From positions 2,232,001 to 2,296,000 of the forward strand of contig JBLDXI010000021.1 of the NCBI GenBank assembly GCA_047495785.1: a stretch of DNA of 64,000 nucleotides. The letters run 5' to 3'. Positions 55,549 through 64,000 of this stretch are shown here, piece after piece. The notes below the pieces were generated by a model that searched no databases, was not told the origin of the DNA, and saw only the letters and a list, made by a program, of their open reading frames with translations. Positions within the stretch are counted from its first letter, which is position 1. Every line of letters starts with the position of its first letter. This stretch comes from Lepidodermella squamata. Taxonomy: Eukaryota > Animalia > Gastrotricha. A program made the position numbers and the translations under genes.

Positions 55549-56041
55549 GTTTGAATTATACTTCGGTATTTTCAAGCTAGGATTTTGTGATGAAATTACG
55601 GTCAGCTAGCCGAGGGGTTTTATACTGCGTGTGCCTTGCTACAACGCCCCCAGGCGTGGGAATAATCCAGGAAAAGGTGGACTCATGGTTTCCGATTTCA
55701 AATTAACTGTTCATTCTTTATTAAATCGGTCTCAATTAATCAAAGCGAGACATCACGGCTGTCAAGACGCAATCTGCTCAAAAATCACATATCGGATACA
55801 TATTGGTACAATTATGGCGCAGAGTTGAGCCATTTTTTTCTTCAAATAGTAGAAAAATTGATTAATCCTATACTTTTTACCACTATCACAGCCTAACACG
55901 GAGATCAGTTTTAGCTATCACATTTTAACAGTCACAAAAATTTGACGTCGGTAGAAAATTATATTTTAATTAATTTTGAGACGGAAGACATGCGGCACAG
56001 GCGTGTAGAATGATTGTTGAACCCACCCCCATACCAATTGC

Positions 56042-59000
56042 TCATCCGCGCATGATACTCATCGCATTCATTCGGCTTTCTTGCTGCTTCAAGTTCGAAC
56101 TCGGATAATTCTGCGGCGTGAACATGCTCTGCTTGAAACTGGCCTGGCTATTCCGCGCCGGCTCGCCCGCTTCCCAGATGGCTTTCTCCGTCATGTAATG
56201 CTAAAATAAAAGGCAATAAATTAGAATGTATACGGCATATATAACAATAACGCGGTAAATAATTGGTAAACAATTCGAGAGACACTCGTGGAATTTCGCG
56301 TGGCGGTATTTATACGAGAAATACTCAAAAATGTTGTCTTTCATTATTTCGATATTGACTAGAATTTCTCGTGCTTACTTGTTTGGCTCGCTGCGAGTCA
56401 GTTAGACTGTCGATTTGCTTGCGGCGCTCGCGCTCGACAACCTGCCGTTCCAGATCGCTGGCGTACAGTTCACGATCGCGGACAGCGCTCGGATCGACGG
56501 GAATGCCGTAAGAAACTCTTGGTTTGCCTAAAATCTCCGGGTGGGTCACATCGCTCGCCAGCCGGTTGTGGTAAGAGTTGTAGCCAGTGAAGCGTGGCTT
56601 GCCAACGGCGCCGTGGCTCAGCAACGTAGCGGTGTCGACGTACTAAAAAATTTAAAAAAATATTCCAGTTCAATTCCTGAATAATGGTCAAAGGTCAGTC
56701 AATTAATTCGAAATGTCCCAACATTTCCCAGCAAATTAAAATTGCAATCTGTCCCTTTCCCCTCTACGGCCAGCTATAAACGTGATGGGGTTGCAATAAT
56801 TAGGCTGGATAATTACTTACCGATCCATGTTCGTCGAGGTAGCGTTCTACTTCCCGCCTCCGTTTGAGCTCAGCCGCAGCCTTCAACTCGGCCAGGTACT
56901 GCTTTTTCTGAGCGTCCATCGCCGCCAGTTCTTCGCGCGACCGAACAGGACGTGTCGGGTCGTAGCTGTAGTTTTTGTTATTGTTACCATCGCCGTTGTT
57001 GTTGTTATTATTACTGGCATTGCCGTTCGATGGGCCATCGTTGTAGGGCACCGGTTCATACTGCTGCTGCTGTTGAGCAGGCGGCTGTTGATTCTGCTGA
57101 GCTTGTCTTCGCGCCAGCTCGTCGCGATCTCGAACGATAGCTTCTACAGACGACAAAGCAAAGTACGTATACCTATATAGTAGTATCAATTGCGAATGTA
57201 GCCAATTGAGACGGCGATTTTCAACAGCGGCCTATCGACGCCGGACGACAATTGTTGATACGCCGGTTTGACCGGGGCGATTATGCTATTATCACGTTTG
57301 TCTGGCGGCAGCAATTGATGCGCCGCCAGGTGCCCCTGACAAACACCGTTCCGCATCATTACCGTATATATGTGTCGCCCGCCTGATCTCACTATCGCCC
57401 CTCCCGTGTCATAGCCGGCGCGGGCCAACAACGGCGCATCATAAACACGCCGGGTAAATACGGGCATCAGCGATCCCGCTGTAATAGCGCTTTCATTGTT
57501 TGTAAATATAGCTGCGTACAAGTCAACTTTTTAGGCCGGATAGGCCCCCGATATCATAAACACAGGCACAATGCTAAGCCGAGCAGCTGTTCAAGCACCG
57601 GCAGGCAGGCGCAACAAGTGAAGAGTAAACATTGCGCGGCAATGCACGTTTTGCGGCAGCGAAAAAGGCAGCCGTGAAATCATCGCTGCCGGCCGACTTC
57701 ATGCGCGCCCGTTTTTACCACACCGCGCAGTGTCACTGCGAAGCTTTTACGCGAGCCCGTCTGATTCGCACAGAAAAACACTTTTTCCGTCGACATTTCG
57801 CGCCGATTTATAGATAACACGTAAACATTCATTCTCGGCGTTTTAATCGCCCGAAGAAAACAACAAAGAAAACAGCAATCTTGTATATAACACAACAATG
57901 ATCTCTCTCAAGAAAAACTTGCCTATTTTAGATTTTCTCAGCAAAAAATTACTTATAGGCTACTCATTTTATTGGCGATTTTGTCAATACGCTGTCATTG
58001 TTTTTTCAAGTATGGCTATTTAGCCGTATTTTTCTCGCTGACATGGCATCTGAAGATATTATAATGGTTTTCATGCGCACGTTGGTAAATGGCCACCGCC
58101 CAGTTTTTAATTACTTATATGGGTGGGTCTGTAGTGCGCTGTTTTTTCTGCGCTCGAAAAAATGACCGCAATATTGGCGCAAGCGATGATGAGGTTTGAT
58201 ACACCTGCGCGGTGAAACGGCAAAACAAGGGGCGCGGGGAAAAGCTGGCAAATAGCAATAGACAATCCTACGCGCGCTTTTTTTATTCTATTATTGCTTG
58301 AGAAATAATGGAATTGCATCCTCGTTGATTACTCCTACTGCATATATAGGTTGTATTACAAAACGGTTTGGCGTAAATACAGAGTCTTCTACGTAACATT
58401 GGCAGATTTGACAGCCGGTGCGATGCGCATTGTCAACTGAGTTTACTTATTTTGAGACCCATCATCTACTCATCGCTGCTGTAGTAATTGCTCGATTGGA
58501 CACGATCCTCATAAACGCGCCTGTGTTGTCTCATATTATATTCCTGTATTGAAATAAGCGCGCATTCAGCTAAATCAGCATGAAACAGGCAGCTGCCAGC
58601 TACTTCTTAGGCTGCCTCATGGCGCTCGGCGTTGCAAGCGTCGCCGGGCTGACCTGTTATCACTGTAACGGCTGTTCGACATCCCTAAATGGCGACGCAG
58701 CCGAATGCAACGGAACATATTCGATCGGACCTATGTGTTATGTAAGTTGCCGTAACTTAAATCCCTCCTTACACTTGAACGTTACTATAAACAAATTTCA
58801 GAGGCAACAAGTCCTAGACAAGTCAACGTCAACTACTTTGGAATATGCTGGCTGCATCGAACTGGTAAAAAACTAAAATTTAATGGGATAAAATCAATAT
58901 ATCTTGGTAAAAATTAATATCAGTATAAGGCTAACGAACCTTAAAATATAATTCGCATCCTTAAATTTTGAAGATTGAGCTATTCAATTTTATCATTCTA

Positions 59001-60987
59001 CGTATTTCTTTTCAGTGCATTCTTGGACCAAGTGGAATCTCAACTATCACATGGTAAATTCATAAAGCAATTTACGAGAAACTCAAAAGTTAATAATCCT
59101 GATTTTGTATAATAGGACCAAATGCTGTACGAGTGATCTTTGCAACGCCAACAGCTCCGGAATGTCAGTTCTAACTCGATCGACTGGTCTCTACTCACTT
59201 TTGATACTCGTTATAACGCTCGGTTTCACGAAATTGTAATATATCTATAAATATCGTAACCATAGGAAACCTCGAAAATGCTCTGCGTTTCCCGTTTTAA
59301 AAATCAGCCATTTCCCAGATAATCAAACGCATATCGAGCAATCATCTTTCTATATAAGTGCCGCGAAGCAAACAAAGATTTTTTTGAAATTTGTAAAAAT
59401 AAAGGAAGAAGGCTTGTTATATCAGATAGCGATTTTTCTTACCTGGGTAGTTGGTAAGGTGGTGTTGGAACTTCAAAGTCTGCGGCAGGCCGAAGCTGGC
59501 GCGGCCGTTGTAGCCGTATTTAGGCCTTTCATTGTCACCCTCGATCAGGATCGACTTGCGCTCATACTGCTCACCCTTAGGCACGTGAGCTGTGAACACG
59601 TTGTCGTAAGACGGCCACGGTCGAATGGCTCGCCGCGCTTCTTCCTGCGGCCACACACGCTGCCCTGTCGCTGGGTTGATCTGCTGCGAAGGCGGCATAG
59701 GTTGACCGAAAACGCCCGGCGGCGAGTAAGGCCGTTCGACTGGGTACATTGGCGTCGGCCCGTCCATCAGCGCGCCGTGAAGAGGCGGCGACGGCGACCG
59801 CATTATCATTCTCGCGGGTTCGGGTGACAAGGTGCCATGCAGTGGCGGCAGACCGGTTTTGCCGAACTTGGGCGGTGTTTGAGTTCGATTGACAAAAAAC
59901 GGATTCCCGCTTTTAATCTAAAAAGGAATAGGAGTATAAGGTACAATCAAGATGGTCGTTGGAGTTGAAAAAACATAATTTTAACTGATATATTGCATTC
60001 ACTACCTGAACCTTGCTGTGGCAACAAGGGCAATACTGCTATTAGGTTAACAATCAAGTCATTTTCCAAGTTAAAAATAAATTTGTATGGAAGAAGTGCT
60101 AATAGACTAACCACAGATGCTTCGAGTTCCTTTTCGCGTCTTCTTTCAGCTTCTCGTCGCCTGTTTTTCTCCATTATTTGCTGATCTGAAAAAATAGATT
60201 CAGATTAATTCAGATCTTCTCACTGAACTGCAAAAAATTCAAATCCAAGTTTCACTCACTGAGGTCTCGCAGAATGGGCGTTTTGAAGTTGCTATTGTTG
60301 GTGTCCATTACCGGGTACTTGCCGTACTCGGAATCGTGCGGGTTAACGCGGTTGTTGTAGCGATCAGTGTTGATGAAGTGGACCTCGCCGTCTTCTTTGA
60401 AAGTTGCCACTTGATTGCCATCGGCATCCCGCCGCGGAGCACCTGCGCCAGGACGCCCGAATCGGAAGAAATCACCCTTTCCCCCGTCCTGCATGTACTC
60501 TATCTCCTGGCGCCGTCTGTCAGGCGTCGGCGGTCGGTCGGGCTCCTGATGGTGGTGTAAATTCGTGGCGGGTGGCGCTCGGCTAGAATTCTCAGGCCCC
60601 CATGAGTTAGACGCCCAAACTTGAGGTGGGCTAACAACACCCTGTATAGTCACACAAAATTACGGAATTAAACACGTGAATGGCAGCCTTAATATTAGTC
60701 TAAGCAAATTGTGCTAACAATTGATCTTAAACCCAGCGCCTGCATCTGATTTCTGAGCGCTATTGCATCGGAGGAGGAATTTCTCCGCGGCGAAGAAGGC
60801 ATACCGGCTGCTAAGGTTCTCGGCTGACCTTGCTCATTTACCATTTTTTTCAATAAAAGTTATTCTTAACCGAGTCCTAGAAAGTGACCAGTTTCCAGAG
60901 CACGACTTCTACTTCAAATAACGAAATATTTACGTCGCTTCTTACCTCATTGGTCATAATGTGGTTGTAGCGCTGGTTGCTATACAT
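56042..60987 (-). CDS. CSPP1/CCDC66-like coiled-coil protein (tentative)
   Basis: FFRFGRPGAGAPRRDADGN motif plus repeated charged helices (QQIMEKNRRREAERRRE, KQYLAELKAAAELKRRRE, LYASDLERQVVERERRK). Multi-exon; 5' end uncertain. Confidence 0.55.
58580..59239 (+). CDS. Ly6/uPAR three-finger GPI-anchored protein, nested antisense in an intron
   Basis: Signal peptide, LTCYHCNGC start, CCTSDLCN end motif and hydrophobic C-terminal GPI-signal-like tail. Four exons. Confidence 0.9.
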
Positions 60988-62504
60988 CAAACAAAATGGC
61001 TAAATTTTGCTTTGTGTAAATGGCTCTAAAAAATGAAACAGGCTGTCAAAGTCATCTATGTTATTGATAAATATGTCTTTGTCCTCGCCAAACTCGCGTG
61101 TATTCCTAAAAGATAAGAAATCAAAAGCAACTTGAAAAAAAATGCCGTGAATTTTTGTTAGTGCAAAGTTGCTCAGAGACGCGCGTTGCCATAGGCTGTT
61201 TCATCCTTATTTAGCGCCAAAGACAGGCCTTTCAAGACTGCGCAAAAAATGCAGAAGAGGCGCAAAAAACGCGATAACTTGCACCGACGCCTAATTTGCT
61301 GCCCGATGGATGAATGTATGCATATCTTTCAATTCGCCATGCTCACAAAAAATGCGATGCGATGAACCGGCATGGAATCAAAGCCAAAAAATGAGCGCGC
61401 TGTGACTTGTTGAAAAAAATGGCCACCATGCGCCGAAAAAATATTAATCAATGCAAAAAGTCGCTTTCTTTTATTTTTGACAGGCCGGAAGCACATGTGA
61501 AATAGCCACGTAAAATATACGTAGAATAACCTGTCGAAGTGGCGGTTACTCGGCGATAATATTATGCTGATGCTTCCTGGTTATCAAGCGATCGATTTTT
61601 TTGTGCGGCTATTACAGTTTTTTCGGCTCGAAAATTAAGTCTAAAAAAACTTTCAGGCTGAATATAATATAAGGAATGTGCCATCCCAGTTTGCTTGAGA
61701 ATTTGAAAAAGGGAGAAATTTCAGGCTTTTTCAATTTTTATTGTTTTGTCATCCAATTCGATCAAGTATAAAACAGCATGGTCGCAACGATTCTCGTAGC
61801 TAAAATTCGTTTAACGAGTAATGGAACAACAGTGAACAGGTGATGACGCGAGGATAATAACATCGAAAATTGCAGCTATCGTGATGAATATTTTTTTGTC
61901 CAAGATTTGTGAACACAATTCTGCGATGAATAAGTATAGAAATTCGAAAAGGACGTCCAAGAAACATTTCACAATTGTTCACGATAATTTTTTATCAGGC
62001 AACCTTCAACCCCTAATAAGAGATTGGAGAGTCAACCTACGTTCAGCAACTGTAGTATTCGACTTACAAAAAATCATTTTCCAGAGATGGAATAGACATT
62101 ACAACATCAGTCAATCAGATTTCAGTATTTTCTCGTGTTTTATATATCGTACAAAAAGGTTTCTAAAATATATTTCAATAGAATTTCTGTGTTATTTTTA
62201 GAGAGGTGGAAAATCGCGTGCCAAATTTGGCGCGCGATATTTACCGCCTACTTTATACAAGTTCACAACCCGCACGATTTGAAATGTGGCAGAGAGCAGA
62301 GAAATAGACGATTTGTTTTCCATCTACGGCCTCGCAGATGCGACACGTTCTTCACAATTCATATATATTTACAGTATAAAAATGATATGAAATAAATAGC
62401 AAAAATTGCTAAGCGTTATTACAACTTGGTCTCATGTCAACCGACAGATTAATTTTTGCGTATATTTTTTCGACGATTTTTCTATAAAAAATTTCAAGGC
62501 GGCA

Positions 62505-63488
62505 TTAAAACTTTCGGAAATTGAGGCACGCCAAAACAGCGAATATCCAAGATATTCCAGTGTTGATGATGGCTAGGATGAAAGATGCGCCCGGAACCGA
62601 CTGACTGTTTGTCTCCTTGACTTTGCCAATAAACGCAACGGCTCCGACAAAGGCGAACAGGCCGCCGACAGCGATGCCGCCAGCCAGTCCTACCTTGATC
62701 CAGAACGAGCGATGATACGTTGTCAGATGTAGAATGGCGCAAATCATCGCGAAGAAGTAGATAATTCCGGAGATGCATTCGAGGGCGCGAGCTGCTTGTA
62801 GAAAGTCGGTGATTTCGAAATCGGTATCGACGCAGTTCATCCACTGGGCGTAGTAAGAACACCGCATCCACAGGCCCTGGCTGTACGACATTGATACCCA
62901 CCAGTGGGGTACGATGATAACGCAAAGTTGTATAGCCATCGTCAATATGCTGAACAGCATGCAGCCAAGTATGACTCGCCGATCGATGTGATGGTGCCGC
63001 TTGTGGTAAACGTCATCTTGCGGCTCCTGTCGAAGAGAAAAATAAGACAAACTTAGGTATAATTTCGACCGGTTTTTTTGCTATGATTTCAGGCTTCAGC
63101 GCCTTCAAGTCGCTAGTCAGACGCAAACATTAGATTTGAAATTAATTGGTCGTTCAAAGTAAATCTAATCGTCTAGCAAAGACGAGGTGCCTCTGACTAA
63201 TGACTAAATTGACTTGATGGCTAGCTAAATTATCTATAAATGGCAAGCTTTTTCTGAAGTAGATAATTAATAAAAGCAAATGTAGTCTGTAACAGGCGCA
63301 AGCTCGTGTGATAATTTTTTTACCGCAATTATGTGATCCTGAGCACTGACGACGCTTTGCTCGTACTTGAGGGGATGCCCCTCGCCAGCGTTCGACAACG
63401 AAGGTTGATACTCGCTGTCTTGATCGCGCACACTGCCAGCGCCGCCGCGGCCCGACGACGATGCGCGCTGTTGTTCAGAAAGCGCCAT
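62505..63488 (-). CDS. Claudin/PMP-22/EMP family tetraspan protein
   Basis: W..GLW..C..C signature (PHWWVSMSYSQGLWMRCSYYAQWMNC), LQAARAL and four TM segments. The first exon joins in phase 0. Confidence 0.88.
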
Positions 63489-64000
63489 ATGCGGCAAATA
63501 CACACAGGGTTATCAAAAAATTAAGCTGGACCAGGTTGTTCAAGTTATTTGATAAATAAAACAACAACGAATGGCGCAGCCAGACGAGAGTTGAATGTAA
63601 TGGTTTGGAGAAATTTATGCGCGTAAAACCTGTTGCCTTTTGGCGTGGTTTAAATACCTCGCCAACAGCAACAGGATGCGCCCCCGTTTCTGCTGCTATG
63701 CCTCATCAGCTGCGCGCTGTTTTTAGCAGCGGCGTGATTCGACACGCACGTTTATACTTCAAAGCCCGCTTTCCCCGCCCTGAAATCGAGCCATGACGAT
63801 GAGTCATGACGAAACGCACTCACCTCGTAAGCCGGGTCCATCATTTTAGCCGAAGCGCTTCGTCCGTGTCAGTTTTTTTTTGTTTACTAAATATGGCTCT
63901 ATTAATGAATGAGACAGTAACTTTTATGGCGCTCTTTTTATCGCCGGATTTGTAACACAGGTAGCCAGCCATGCGAGAGGCACGGCGTGAAGGCGCGAAA

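Noticed and set aside
57186-57521. 111-aa ORF in the CSPP1-like intron
   Set aside because: Non-ATG start, no recognisable motif and no convincing splice context.

Overview
Eukaryotic, not prokaryotic, DNA from a compact-genome bilaterian invertebrate: most introns are about 50-60 nt GT-AG and genes are tightly packed. The taxon cannot be fixed from the sequence. I manually spliced about 19 protein-coding genes. In order: 3' end of an M13 neprilysin, an intronless DUF4419-like gene, a calmodulin-like gene, a small secreted protein, a prominin-like protein, a solitary Hox2/proboscipedia, a head-to-head pair of paralogous nicotinic-type Cys-loop subunits (one alpha, one with a degenerate ligand site), a possible small membrane protein, SH3BP5-like, RPP38-like, EGR, KChIP with alternative first exons, two divergent EB-like Cys-repeat genes, a C-type-lectin-like receptor, a neuropeptide-like precursor, a CSPP1/CCDC66-like gene with a nested Ly6 gene, and a claudin-family gene. 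Non-coding elements are a Tc1/mariner-type MITE, a probable decayed hAT element and a candidate H/ACA RNA. The best leads are the divergent receptor pair, operon-like 64-87 nt intergenic gaps, a possible horizontally acquired DUF4419 gene, the isolated Hox2, perfect EGR sites inside the EGR intron, and an amidated peptide precursor. All family calls come from motif recognition; no database search was run.
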